Assembly (NCBI RefSeq): GCF_030684315.1
Contig: NC_081383.1
Span: 26,705,942-26,769,941, forward strand
Source: Stegostoma tigrinum
Lineage: Eukaryota
Reading direction: 5' to 3'
Length of the DNA stretch: 64,000 nucleotides
A model generated the notes under the pieces. It saw nothing but the letters and a program-made list of their open reading frames with translations. It had not been told where the DNA came from and searched no databases. This document shows positions 47,884 through 61,114 of the stretch, piece after piece (within the stretch, counting starts at the first letter, position 1; every line of letters begins with the position of its first letter). The translations under genes were made by a program, and so were the position numbers.

Positions 47884-50202
47884 TGTCACAAACTATTTTG
47901 CTGCGTTTGATAAATCCAAACCTATGTTAATAGGTCCTAAAGAAATCTAGGCAGGGGATGTGGATGTTGCAGAATGCCCAAGTACTTGTGCCGTCAATTT
48001 CACGTTCGGTAATTTCTTGGTTATCAATATTCCAACAGCAATTGTTTCTCCTACCGATATTATTGGTGTGTATTGCCAATATTGCTGTAATCAAGCTGCA
48101 GAAACAAAATAAATGCTTGCATTAGGGATATTTTATATAGTTTTAGTTTTGTATTTTAGTCTTATATAATCAAGCAACCAAAACCACACAGTTTCTATGT
48201 TAACTTTAAAAACCAGAAATGTCAAGTAGTGACATTTATACAAAGATATCATGTAATACAGCAAAGTTCTACTTTCAATCTTAATTGTGCTCAGCTAGCT
48301 AATGTGAGACACCAAAGCATATGGGGAGTTATAGTTGGTTTTGCTGTCTGTGAAACTGCAAAGATGAAAATATAGTTTGACTCCTGCTTAGTAATGAATG
48401 ATCCTGTTAGGATGCAGCTGTGTGACAGTGGTTCAGTTCTGAAGTTCCGATTCCACAGAATCAGTGGCTGGGAACATTATTTAAAATGAATACAAGCACT
48501 GCTACGGAACTTAAACATCGGGGAAAGTAAATTTTAAAGAACTTGCATTTTTGTGAGAACACACAAGGAGCCAAACATCAGTGAAAACTGGCGCAGAAGA
48601 ATTAGTCTGAAATGGGGAACTTATACCTTAATCAAAGTAAACATCCAATGAACACACACTCCAGTGAGAGCAAACACAGAGAACCTGAACCCCATTGAGA
48701 ACCAACAGAGAGAAACCCAACACTTGGGACAGTCAGTATCGAGGTTCCCCATCTCCAGTGAGAGTCATTTTCCGGGAAACAAAATTTTCAGTAACAGTCA
48801 GCACATGTGGAACTAAATAGGAGTGAAAACATAGGCAACAAATCCACAGTTCTTGGGAAGCAAATCCCTGACAGGGTCACTCCTCTAGGAGAGAAGAAAG
48901 TAATAGTAAAAGAAAATCTAAATAATAAAATCAGTGAATAATTAGTAAATAGTAGTCTTACTTATGAATTCTATCAAATTTCTGTGAACAGCATCACTGT
49001 CAGAAAAATAAACCACGTAAGCTTCCACCCATGCATTTCACTTGCAGACTCTCTACAGCAATATCCTAACTTAACTAGGCAGCACAGCTTACAGTTCCAA
49101 ATGGATGTTGTCCCTCTGACTGTCGGACAGGACTCTGGAGAGTTTCTTAGTGAATGGATTTTTATCTGATTGCAGAATCCATGGGAAGCTGTATTTTCCA
49201 CAGGGAAATGTTTTCGTAACATGCCCCATGACTCAGATATTCACAGTATGTGTCAGTGTCTCTACAAAGTACTCTTTATCCAGTCAGTCAGACATTTGTG
49301 GTAAATGCTGGAATATTGAAAACCATATCTTCCATAAAAGAACTTTTAATTGTTAGACCATACAGTTCACAATATTAAATAATGTTGAACTCCAGAACAC
49401 ATTGATTGCAGATATTTCTTTCGTAATTTATTTGTAACACTAAACAAAGCTAGTTCTTTTGCTGAATCACACCCATCAAGTCAGCTGGTGCCGCAAATTA
49501 GAGTAAGATCTTAATAAAATTTGAGACTCCCTCATTCTGAAGTTATGAGCAAACATTTCTCGTCTGTTAGATCATAACCAGATTATTGGGTCATTTCACA
49601 CTGACAAGACTGCATTCTGGAAAACCATATGAAAACTAAAGTTGGGAATTTTCACTTTTAAAAAATCTATTTGCTTTGTATAAAAATAGACATCAAAAGC
49701 ACAGAAAATAGGAATGACAATAGGTCATTCAGCCCTTCGAGCCTGCTCCACCATTTCATATGATCATCCTACTTGGTTCCCTGTTCCCACTTTCACCCAA
49801 TAGCCTTTGACCCCTTTAGGCATAAGAACTATAACTAACTCCTTCTTGAAAACACTATATAACAACATATGCAATTTTTAGAAATATGTTTTCATCTATT
49901 TTCTCAAATTAAAGCAATAGATCCTGTTGGGTTACTGTCGCAAAGGGACAGTCACACCTCTTCTACTGGGATAACTCTTTCCATGGATATTCTTTACCAA
50001 GATTTGGAACCTTTTTATGGTGATGCTGTCCCTGAAGAACAGTCACTCTTCCTCAAAGCAACAAGAACAACTGGTCAGTGATAGTGATCAGGTGACGAAA
50101 CCTTGCTTCTATTTTCCTTTCGTAACTGATGAAAGATGTATTCAGTATAATGTCCCTATTGCTGTTATTAGCGATCAGCTAATCCAACAGACTGTGAAAG
50201 GA

Positions 50203-50345
50203 GATAACAAGTGTAGAGATGGATGAACACAGCAGACCAAGCAGCATCAGAGGAGCAGGAAAGCTGATGTTTCGGGCCTAGACCCTTCTTCAGAAAATAT
50301 TATCTCAAATTCTCCAGCATCTGCAGTTCCTACTATCTCTGAAAC
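50203..50345. mobile_element. Fold-back PLE mini element (family B) with hammerhead motif and 13-bp TSD
   Basis: Minus-strand CTGAAGA-AGGGTCTAGGCCC-GAAAC-ATC followed by a plus-strand tail; TSD GACTGTGAAAGGA at 50190-50202 and 50346-50358. Confidence 0.85.
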
Positions 50346-50652
50346 GACTGTGAAAGGAACTTAGCACATTTTTGCATGACTTGGGACTCATTAGATAAAC
50401 TCACTGAGTCATAGGGAAAGTTCTGGAAATTTCTAGTGTTGCACATACATATGTTGGAACATCTCTGCATTTATAAATAGGTGAAAGAGTAGAATCCCAA
50501 ATACTGGGATTGCAGTATTTGCACTGTAGGCCAAATTGAAATTAATACCCTGTTTTTAATGTGAGCTCATCGATAACAGTTATTCTGTTTCTGTAAGATT
50601 TTCCTCCAGAAATGCCATCCGAGGAATTGAAACAAAAGTTGACTGTCCATAC

Positions 50653-50786
50653 CTGAATTAAAAATGGGTCATTTTGAATGAAACCCTCATTGCAATTCAA
50701 TTTTCTACTTATGTAAAGTTCTGTTACCATGGAGATGAGTATTGTGCACAAAAGGAACTGTAATTCTGAGATAAGTTATTTTAAAA
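50653..50786 (-). other. Candidate non-coding 5'UTR exon of the CDC42SE2-like gene
   Basis: Unique sequence between acceptor TTTCCTGTAG and donor CAG|GTATGG; 134 nt; no transcript evidence. Confidence 0.5.
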
Positions 50787-51109
50787 CTACAGGAAATTTA
50801 AAATTAAAACAGAAAACACTGGAAACAGAAGATAGCTCCACCGGCAACTTGTCTCCTTGCTTTTCAGATGTGTTCTGGTTTGTACTTTATATTTGTTCCA
50901 AATTCAGACTACTTTATATCATTAAGTTGAGAAACATTTTGCTGATTCCAATTTAGGTAAAGCATCCTCAATACCTTCTCTGATCCTGACACAGGTTGGA
51001 TATCTTCAGTAACACCAAGTCACTCAAAAACATAACCCGATCCCATTATAGCCATAGATGTGAATCCCCTCCAGACAGAAGAAATCTCAAGCTCATTATT
51101 GCAGAGCTG

Positions 51110-54075
51110 AACATAGAACAGAGAACAGAGAACAGGCCCTTCAGCCCACGATGTTGTGCCGACCATTGATCCTCATGTATGCACCCTCAAATTTCTGTGA
51201 CCATATGCATGTCCAGCAGTCTCTTAAATGTGCCTAATGACCTTGCTTCCACAACTGCTGCTGGCAACGCATTCCATGCTCTCACAACTCTGTGTACAGA
51301 ACCCGCCTCTGACATCCCCTCTATACTTTCCTCCAACCAGCTTAATACTATGACCCCTCGCGTTAGCCATTTCTGCCCTGGGAAACAGTCTCTGGCTATC
51401 AACTCTATCTATGCCTCTCATTATCTTGTATACCTCAATTAGGTCCCCTCTCCACCTCCTTTTCTCCAATGAAAAGAGTCCGAGCTCAGTCAACCTCTCT
51501 TCATAAAATAAGCCCTCCAGTCCAGGCAGCATCCTGGTAAACCTCCTCTGAACCCTCTCCAAAGCATCCACATCTTTCCTATAATAGGGCGACCAGAACT
51601 GGATGCAGTATTCCAAGCGCAGGCTAACCAAAGTTTTATAGAGCTGCAACAAGATCTCATGACTCAAACTCAATCCCCCTAGCGAGTTTTGAGAAGATTT
51701 GTAGCTCAGGTTGAGGTTCTGGATGTGAGTTTGCTCGCTGAGCTGGAAGGTTAGTTTTCAGTCACCATTCTAGGTAACATCATCAGTGAGCCTCCGACGA
51801 AGCGCTGGTGTTATGTCCCGCTTTCTATTTATCTGGTTACGTTTCCTTGGGTTGGTGATGTCATTTCCTGTTCTTTTTCTCAGGGGATGGTAGATGGGCT
51901 CCAAATCAGTGTGTTTGTTGATGGAGTTCCGGTTGGAATGCCATGCTTCTAGGAATTCTCGTGCATGTCTCTGTTTGGCTTGTCCTCGGATGGATGTGTT
52001 GTCCCAATCAAAGTGGTGTCCTTCCTTATCTGTATGTAAGGATACGAGTGATAGTGGGTCATGTTGTTTTGTGGCTAGCTGCTGTTCATGTATCCTGGTG
52101 GCTAGCTTCCTGCCAGTTTGTCCAATGTAGTGTTTGTTACAGTTTGCCAACACTACATTGGACAAACCGGCAGGAAGCTAGCCACCAGGATACATGAACA
52201 TCAACTAGCCACAAAACAACATGACCCACTATCACTTGTATTCTTACATACAGATAAGGAAGGATACCACTTTGATTGGGACAACACATCCATCCTAGGA
52301 CAAGCCAAACAGAGGCATGCACGAGAATTCCTAGAAGCATGGCATTCCAACCGGAATTCCATCAACAAACACATTGACTTGGAGCCAATCTACCGTCCCC
52401 TGAGAAAAAGAACAGGAAATGACATCACCAACCCAAGGAAACCTAACCAGATAAATAGAAAGCGGGACATAACACCAGCGCTTCGTCTGAGGCTCACTGA
52501 TGATGTTACCTAGAATGGTGACGAACGCCTGAAAACTAACCTTCCAGCTCAGCGAGCAAACTCACATCCAGAACACAATCCCCTGCTAATGAAAGCCAAA
52601 ACACCATATGCTTTCTTAGCGACCCTGTCCACTTGGGTGGCGATTTTAAGGGATCTATGTATCTACACACCAAGATCCCTCTGTTCCTCCACACTGCCAA
52701 GATTCCTATCCTTAATCCTGTACTCAGCTTTCAAATTCGACCTTTCAAAATGCATCACCTCGCACTTATCCAGATTGAACTCCATCTGCCACCTCTTAGC
52801 CCATCTCTGCATCCTGTCAATGTCCCGCTGCAGCCTACAACAGCCCTCTATACTGTCAACGACACCTCCAACCTTCGTGTCTTCTGCAAACTTGCTGATC
52901 CATCCTTCAATCCCCTCATCCAAGTCATTAATAAAAATTACAAACAGTAGAGGCCCAAGGACAGAGCCCTGTGGAACACCACTCACCACTGACTTCCAGG
53001 CAGAATATTTTCCTTCTACTACCACTCGCTGTCTTCTGTTAGCCAGCCAACTCTGCATCCAGACAGCTAAGTTCCCCTGTATCCCATTCCTCCTGACCTT
53101 CTGAATGAGCCTACCATGGGGAACCTTATCAAATGCCTTGCTGAAGTCCATATACACCACATCCACAGCTCGACCCTCATCAACTTTTCTAGTCACATCC
53201 TCAAAGAACTCGATAAGGTTTGAGAGGCATGACCTGCCCCTCACAAAGCCGTGTTGACTGCATTTAATCAAGCCGTGCTCTTCCAGATGGTCATAAATCC
53301 TATCCCTCAGAATCCTTTCTAACAGCTTGCAAACAACAGACGTGAGACTTACTGGTCTGTAATTGCCGGGGATTTCCCTATTTCCTTTCTTGAAGAGAGG
53401 AATTACATTTGCCTCTCTCCAGTCCTCAGGTACGACTCCAGTAGAGAGCGAGGATGCAAAGATCTTCGCAAGTGGCTAAGCAATTGCGTTTCTCATTTCC
53501 CAAAGCAGCCGATGACAAATCTGGTCCAGGCCTGGCGACTTGTCAATCTTAATGTTTGACAAAATTTTCAGCACATCAGTGTCCTCTATCTCTATCCATT
53601 CCAGCATGCACACCTGCTCTTCAAAGGTTTCATTCACTACAAAGTTTGTTTCTTTCGTAAAGACAGAAGCAAAAAACTCATTTAGGGCTTCCCCTACCTC
53701 CTCAGACTCCACACACAAGTTCCCTATGCTATCCCTGATCAGCCCTACTCTTTCTTTGACCATTCTCTTATTCCTCACATAAGTGTAAAATGCCTTTGTG
53801 TTCTCCCTAATCCGTTCTGCCAAGCCTTTCTCATGCCCCCTCCTGGCTCTCCTCCGACCATTTTTGAGCTCTTTCCTCGCCTGCCTGTAATCCTCTAGAG
53901 CTGAGCTTGACCCTAGCTTCCTCCACCTTATGCAAGCTACCTTCTTCCTTTTGACGAGAAGCTCCACTGCTCTCGTCATCCAAGGTTCCTTTATCTTACC
54001 CCTTCTTGCCTGTCTCAGAGGGACATATTTATTCATCACTCGCAACAACTGTTCCTTAAACAGTCTCCACATGTC
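51110..54075 (-). mobile_element. 5'-truncated CR1 LINE (RT) interrupted by a palindromic PLE
   Basis: SQHGFVRGRSCLSNLIEFF, YMDFSKAFDKVPH, GVPQGSVLGPLLF motifs; tandem tail at ~51110-51132. Confidence 0.93.
51679..52575. mobile_element. Second palindromic family-A PLE (arms 51716-52134 and 52149-52574), nested in CR1
   Basis: Mirrored HYIGQTGRKLATRIHE GIY-YIG ORFs; same unpaired tail as the 35791 copy; TSD CAATCCCC at 51671-51678 and 52576-52583. Confidence 0.92.
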
Positions 54076-54579
54076 TCCATTATGATGGACCATAATATCG
54101 TTCAGTCTCAAGAAACTTGTAAATTTCCATTATACAATACCACACTGATCCAATACAGCAATAATGTTAATTAATTAACCCAAGATCTCTGCAAGTAACC
54201 AATCTATTTTTAAAAGTTTTAAATCTTGTTGGCCACTTCAATGGCTCAGCCAATCTAGACAATGAGGAATTAAACCTTAAAAACCCGGAGTCAGTTTACA
54301 TCATCTGAAGAAATTACAGAGTCTTTACAATTTGTCTCTGCAAAATCGGAAAGATAGGGAAAAGTAGCCATGGTTCAATCACACTCAGAATCACTGGATT
54401 ATGACAGGCTGAATTACCACCAACTGCACTATGAAGTTCACATCACTTCTCCAAATGAGCATTTCATTTAGTGCCATTTTCTTGCCCATAATCCTGAACA
54501 TTGTTCTTTTGCATTTAACAGTCTTTTCAAAGTCTCCAATAAACCTACCTCTAGCACACTCACAGGCAGTACATTTCAG

Positions 54580-56864
54580 GAGCAAAAACAGAAATCGCTG
54601 GAGAAACTCAACAGGTCTGGCAGCATCTGTGGTGAGAAAACAGTGTTAATGTTTCAAGTCCGATGATCCTTCTTCAGAACTGATTGTAGCCAGGAAAATG
54701 TTGGTATATATGCTGAAGATGAAGTGGGGAATAGGCAAGGAGTAAACAATAGGTGGAGATGGAGCTCAGAGAAAGAAAGAAAACAGTTGTTGGGCAGTTA
54801 GGTAATGCTCAGCCTGGGAGAATCAATAGCTGCCGCTGAGGTCCATAAGTAGCTGACAATGGGTGGCTGTGGTAACCCATGTGATGGCAAGGCCCGGTGT
54901 GTGGGACTTGGGAGAAGGACATGGAAGAATGTGCTCAAGCCCCAAGCAGAAAATGAGATGCTGTTCTTCCTGAGCCTTGCTAATGCCCTGCTGCAAGCCT
55001 GAGTCAGGGATGTTGGCCAGGGATTGAAGCAGCAAGCAACAGGAAGTTCAGGGTCATTTCTGTGGAAAGAACACAGATATTCTGAAAAGTGGTCACTCAG
55101 ACTGTCCCCAAGGCAGAGCACATAGTATGTGAGGTGAATACAGTAGACTAAATTGAGTGAAGAGCAGGTAATTCACTGCTTCATCTGGAAAGTGTGCCTG
55201 GGACCTTGGATACTGAGGTGGGAAGAAGTAAACAGGCAGGTGTTAAACTTTCTGCAATTTCATCAGAAGGTTCTATGGGGGTGTGAGGAGTCATTGACAG
55301 TGGAGCAGGAGTGAACGAAGGTGTCCTGACGGAACAATCCCTGCAGACGGCTGACAAGGGAGGAGAGGGAAGGGAACATGTGTCTAATGGTGGCATACTG
55401 TTGGAGGTGGAGGAAATGGAGGCTAATGGTCCTTAGGTTGTGGATGCTGGTGGGGTGATAAGTGAGGATCAGGGGACTCTATCGGTGTAGTGGGAGAGAA
55501 AACCAAGGGTGAGGGCAGAAGTGTGACAGATGAGTCAGACACAGCTGATGGCCTTGTCAAGCACTGTGAAGAATCCTCAGTTGATGAAGAAGGCGGACAT
55601 TTTGGAGGCTCCCTTGTAGAAGGTGGCATTGTCAGAACAGATGTGATGGAGATAGAAGAACTGGGAGAATGGACTAGAGTCTTTACAGGAAGCAGGGTAT
55701 CAGGGTATATAGTCCAGGTAACTGTGTGAGTCAGTGAGTTTATAGTGGATATTCATAGCCAACCTTTCCCCAGAAATGAAAACAGTGATGTCGAGGAAGG
55801 GAGGAAGGAGTCAGAGATAGACTAGGTGAAGGTGAGAGCAGGATGGAAATTGGAAGTGAAATAGATAAACTTTTCCAATTCTGGACAAGAGACAGCACAG
55901 GATCACTTGTGTCATTGATGTACCTGAGAAAGATTTGCAGGAGTTAAAATGAGATATTGTTCAAAGTGAGTACAAACTTGACCAGTTGGAGGAAGATGGT
56001 GGTAGATGGGGACAGTTCAAGTCTTTTTTCCAGGAAGAAGCGGACAACCCGAGACCATCCTGATAGGGGATGGACATATAAAAGGATTGCATGTTCACGG
56101 TGAAGAGGAGGCAGCTGGAGCCTGCAACTAGAAATTCTGAAATTGGCGTTAAGCATTAGAAGAATCAAGGATACGAGGGAAGGGGAGAAAAAAATTGAGT
56201 CAAAGTTGAAGAGAGAATTCCTGAGGCCAGGAGCAAACAGAAACAATGGGTCTGCCCTGGCAATCCTATTTGTGGCTTTTGGGAAGGAGGCATGGCTACG
56301 TACAAACTATGAGCTTCAAGGCAATGGGGACGAGACCACCAGATTAAAACAAGATTAGTGACCACTGTGATCACAATAGCCTTCAATGGTCCACGAGGAT
56401 AAGAAGAGATGTCCAAGAGCTGATATTCAGCATCTCGTTTTCTGCTTGGGGATCCTGCCGTCTTCAGGGCTTGATGTTAAGTTCATTAATTTTTGGGGCC
56501 TGAGCACCTTCTTCTACGTCCTCCCAACCCTCACATTCCAGGCCTTATCATCATCACGTGGGCTGTTACACAACCAACCCATTGTCAGTTACTCATGGTA
56601 CCCATTTACAGTTGTTTATTCTCCCCAGGCTGACAATTAACCATTTTTTTCTCTGCCCATCTGCTGTTGCCTCACTCTGAGCTCCATCTCATCTTCAGCA
56701 TATAGACCAAGCTTTTCCTAGGCACAATCACTCCTGAAGAAAGGTGACTGGACCTAAAAGGTTAACTCTGCTTTCTCTCTCCAGATGCTGTCAGACCTGC
56801 TGAGCTTCTCCAGCAATTTCTGTATTTGTTTCAGCTTTACAGCATCCACAGTTTTTTTGGTTTT
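54580..56864. mobile_element. Old, degraded PLE (family C) with RT/GIY-YIG remnants on the minus strand and inverted terminal parts
   Basis: Minus-strand STTIFLQLVKFVLTLNNISF (PLE RT-like) and LSDHFSEYLCS..LPVA (GIY-YIG-like) remnants; ends are inverted family-C repeats; 12-bp repeat AGTACATTTCAG at 54568-54579 and 57233-57244. Confidence 0.75.
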
Positions 56865-57220
56865 CTTGATTGATTTGCTTTATTATTATTCACATGTACC
56901 GAGATACAGTGAAAAGTATTATCTTGCATGCTAACTAAGCAGATCATACCTTACGCAAGTACACCAGGGTGATAGAACTGAATACAGAATATAATGTTAC
57001 ACTACAGAGAAGAAGCAGCGAAAGATCAACACTCACGAATGAGGGGTTTGTTCATAAGTCTGATAATAGCAGAGAAGAAGCTGTTCTTAAATCTGTTGTT
57101 ATGTTTTCAAATTTTGTACCTTCTGCCGGATGAAAGGGAGGAAGACATTATAACAGGAGTGGGAGGAGTCTTTGGTTATGTTGGCTGCTTTCCAGAGACA
57201 GCAGGAAGTGTAAACCGAAC
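56865..57220 (-). mobile_element. Rex1/Babar-like LINE 3' end
   Basis: Similar to 15245-15600 (GATTGATTT..CACATGTA..AGTGAAAAGT..). Confidence 0.55.
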
Positions 57221-57244
57221 TTGTACCTGTTTAGTACATTTCAG

Positions 57245-59340
57245 ATCCTAACCGCTCACTGCAATGAAAAAGCTTTTTCTCATTTGTTTTTGCACCTTTT
57301 GTAAATTACTTTACATCTGTGCCTTCCACTGTCTATCCTTTTCCAAATGGAAACAGTTTCTCCCTAGCCACACTGTACAAACTCCACAATTTTCAACACC
57401 TCTTTTAGAGCTACTTTCAGCCTTGTCTTCTCCAAGAAAACAGACCAATTTCTACAATTCTTCATGACATAAGTTTTCCATGCCTGGGAATTCTTGTAAA
57501 GTTCTTCTGCATTCTCTCCAATGGGTTCAGATCCTTCCTAAAGTGTGGTACCCAGAACCGTACAAAATATTTCAACTTAGATCCAACTAATGTCTTACAC
57601 AGGGTTCAGCATAACTACCTTGCATCCTCTACTACTACTAATAAAGCCCAGAATAGATTTTGCTCTATAAATCGCTCTCCCCGCCTGTAATAACTTGTGC
57701 ACATTTACATGCAGATTCCTCAGCTATTGTACATATTTTCTAGTTGTAGTACCCTTTAGTTTACAGTGTTATCACTTCACACTTCTCCACATTGAACCTA
57801 ACTGCCACCTAACTGCCCCATCCACCAACTTGCTAACATTCATAACTCCATAAAATGTGGTGCAGAGGTAAACCATTTGTCCTATCAACTCAATGAGATG
57901 ATGGTTGATCTGACAATCCTCAATTTCACTTTCTTGCTCTTTCCTATACTCCCAGATTCCCTTATTGATAAATAAAGTCCATCAGTCTGTCTCAGCCTTG
58001 AATATTCTTTATGATATAGCCTCAACAGCTCTCTACAGTAAAGAATCCCATGGAATCACTGTTCTCCGACAGAGAAAATTCCTCTCATTTGTCTTAAATG
58101 GGAAACTCCTTACTCACAATCATGAAAAAGGCAGTCCAGGAGGGCGCATCCAGGATATGAATCTAGGATCTATTGTCTACTAATTTATTGAGTCAAAGTC
58201 ATAGAGTTTTACAGCACAGAAAGAGGCTCTTTGGCCCACTGGATCCATATCAGTTAGTCATCAAACATCCATCTACTCTAACTCCATTTCTACCACGTGG
58301 TCTGTAACCCCATGTGCTATGGCATTTCAAATGTACCTTTAAACAGTTCTTAATGTCTTGAGGATTTTCATCTCTACCACCCTTTCAACAGTGAGTTCCA
58401 GACACCCACAATCCTTATTTTCCTCTAATCCCCTCTAATCCTTCTGGTCCTTACCTTCAGATTGTACCCCCTGGTTATTGACTCCCTAGGGGAAAACATT
58501 TCTCCTTATCTACACTGTCTAAGCCACTCAGAAATTTGTACACCTCAGTCCTCCTCCAGCCTTTTCTGTTTTAAGGAAAGTAACTTATGGTCTTACAACC
58601 GTAACCTATACAGGCTCTCTTCATTGCTGAGCCATACCAGCAAAAGCAACATCCTGGTGAATCTCTCTGCATGTTCCCTAATGCAATCATATATTGTGGT
58701 AATCAGAACTGCACCTAGTTGCCCAGCTGTGGCCTAACATTATATACAGTTCCAACATACTCTTTGCTTTTGTACTTAACACTGTAATTGATAAAACAAG
58801 TATCCCATATGCCTTATTAACCACCTTATGTACCTGTCCTGCCACCTTTAAAGATCCAATGGTCATGCACACCTTGGTTCCACTGATCCTTTGTACTTGC
58901 TAGGGTTCTACCATTTAACATGTATTCCCTCCCTAGTTAGTCATCCCAGAATACATCACACTTACCACATCACTAATTTACATGTCAATAGCTAAATTAC
59001 TGATCATACCTCTTGCATTAAAGAATGTACACAAAAAAAAGCTAGGGAGACAGCACCAAATTGTGAGATACACCATTGGATCAAGTCTTCCAGTCACAAA
59101 AACACCTTTTGACTATCACACTCTGATTTCTGCCACCAAGCCAATTTTGAATCCAATTCACCACACTGCCTTGGATCCCATGGGCTCTTAATTTATTAAC
59201 AGTTTGCTTTGTTAGACCTGCCAAAAGCCTTACTGAAGTCCACGTAGACTAGATCAACTGCACTACCCTCATCGACACTACCTCATCACCTCCTCAAACA
59301 ATTAAATCAAATTTGTTAGAGTTGATTTCCCCCACTAAAA
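57245..59340 (-). mobile_element. Cluster of degraded CR1 fragments
   Basis: SLKVAGQVHKVVNKAYG remnant and several CR1 3' pieces. Confidence 0.65.
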
Positions 59341-59390
59341 ACCACTTACACCTCCTCCCTCTCAATGTTTTTGTTCTTGAACAAATTGAT

Positions 59391-59508
59391 AAAGTTGCTG
59401 GAAAAGCCCAGCAGGCCTGGCAGCATCTGTGAAGGGAAAAAACAGTTAACGTTTCGGGTCCGGTGGCCCTTCCTCAGAACTGTGTTTACAGCATCCACAG
59501 TTTTTTCA
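59391..59508. mobile_element. PLE mini element (family C) with hammerhead-like motif
   Basis: Minus-strand CTGAGGA-AGGGCCACCGGACCC-GAAA-C-GTT, followed by the plus-strand tail TTTACAGCATCCACAGTT. Confidence 0.7.
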
Positions 59509-60013
59509 GTTGTTAATTTATTCAGGTTTATCACAGGTCCCCTCCTCGACTTCTGAACTTAAATTGTTCTTTTCTGTAGTGAATACAGATGCAATGTACT
59601 CATTAAAAAGCTCAGCTATGTCTTCTGGCTCCACAGATTGCCACTTTGGTCACTACTGGGTTCAACTCTTTTCTCTACAGTACACAATTCACTACACATC
59701 CCTAAGCAATGACTGTAGATATTTAACTAACATGTTTGGGTAAGTAACACATCTCTGGAGCAGGCAGAACTTGAACCTGGACCTTCTGGCCAGCATTCTA
59801 AGTTGCATGGCTGTGCTACAGGTCTCGTACACGCTGACTGGCATGCCTTTGCATTGACATTTGCATGCAAACGTTGCTACCAAATACAGACCTTGGAGAT
59901 CTGGGCAACTGGAAAAAGAATTATTGGGGAAACATAGCATCGGGTCTAGATGTAGGGACACTACCACTGCACCACAAGAGTCCTCAAACAAATCAGGCGT
60001 CTTGACAAGCAAG

Positions 60014-61086
60014 ATAACAAGGTGTAGAGATGGATGAACACAGCAGACCAAACAGCATCAGAGGAGTAGGAAGGCTGACGTTTCGGGCCTAGACCCTTCT
60101 TCAGAAATGGGGGAGGTGAAGGGGATTCCGAAATAAATAGGGAGAGGGGGGAGGCAGACAGAAGATGGATAGAGGAGAAGATAGGTGGAGAAAGACAGAC
60201 AGGTCAAAGATGCAGGGATGGAGCCAGTAAAGGTGAATGCAGGTGGGGAGGTAGGGAGGAGATAGGTCAGTCCAGGGTGTACGGACTGGTCTAGGGGGCG
60301 GGATGACGTTAGTAGGTAGGAGATGGGGGTGGGGCTTGAGGTGGGACGAGGGGATGGGGGGGGAGGAAGGACAAGTTAGGGAGGCAGGGACAAGCTGGGC
60401 TGGTATTGGGATGCAGTAGGGGGAAGAGGAGATTTTGAAGCTCGTGAAGTCTACATTGATACCATTCGGCTGAGGGTTCCGAAGCGGAATGAGTTGCTGT
60501 TCCTGCAACCTTTGGGTGGCATCGTTGTGGCACTGCAGGAGGCCCAGGATGGACATGTTGTCTGACGAATTGGAGGGGGAGGTGAAATCGTTTGCGACTG
60601 GGAGGTGCAGTTGTTTAGTGAGAACTGAGCATAGGTGTTCTGCAAAGCGGTCCCCAAGCCTCCGCTTGGTTTCCCCGATATACAGGAGGCCACAACGGGA
60701 ACGGCAGATGCAGTATACCACATCAGTAGATGTGCAGGTGAACACCTGCTTGATGTGGAAAGTCTTCTTGGGACCTTGGATGGAAGTGAGGGGCGAGGTG
60801 TTGGGGCAGGTGTAGCACTTCCTAAGGTTGCAAGGAAAAGTGCTGGGTGAAGTAGGGCTGGAGGGGAGTGTGGAGCAGACAAGGCAGTCATGGAAAGTGG
60901 TCCCTCCGAAAAGCAGATAAGGGTGGGGAGGGAAAAATGTCTTTGGTGGTGGGGTCAGAATGTAGATGGCGGAAGTGTCGGTGGGTGATGTGTTGGATCT
61001 GGAGGTTGGTGGGGTGGTACATGAGGATGAAGGCGATTCTGTTTTGGTTGTTATTGCAGGGAGGGGGTGTGAGGGATGAGCTGTGC
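60014..61086 (-). mobile_element. 5'-truncated PLE (Neptune-like GIY-YIG endonuclease), coding relative of family B; hammerhead motif at 60075-60106
   Basis: ORF FTCTSTDVVYCIC..CGLLYIGETKRRLGDRFAEH..PNGINVDF; 3' region has CTGAAGA-AGGGTCTAGGCCC-GAAAC-GTC; 11-bp repeat TGACAAGC(A/G)AG at 60003-60013 and 61087-61097. Confidence 0.9.
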
Positions 61087-61114
61087 TGACAAGCGAGTCA
61101 GTTACAAAATGGAG

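Noticed and set aside
50498-50521. 9-bp hairpin CAAATACTG-ggattg-CAGTATTTG
   Set aside because: Intronic and AT-rich; compatible with chance in 64 kb
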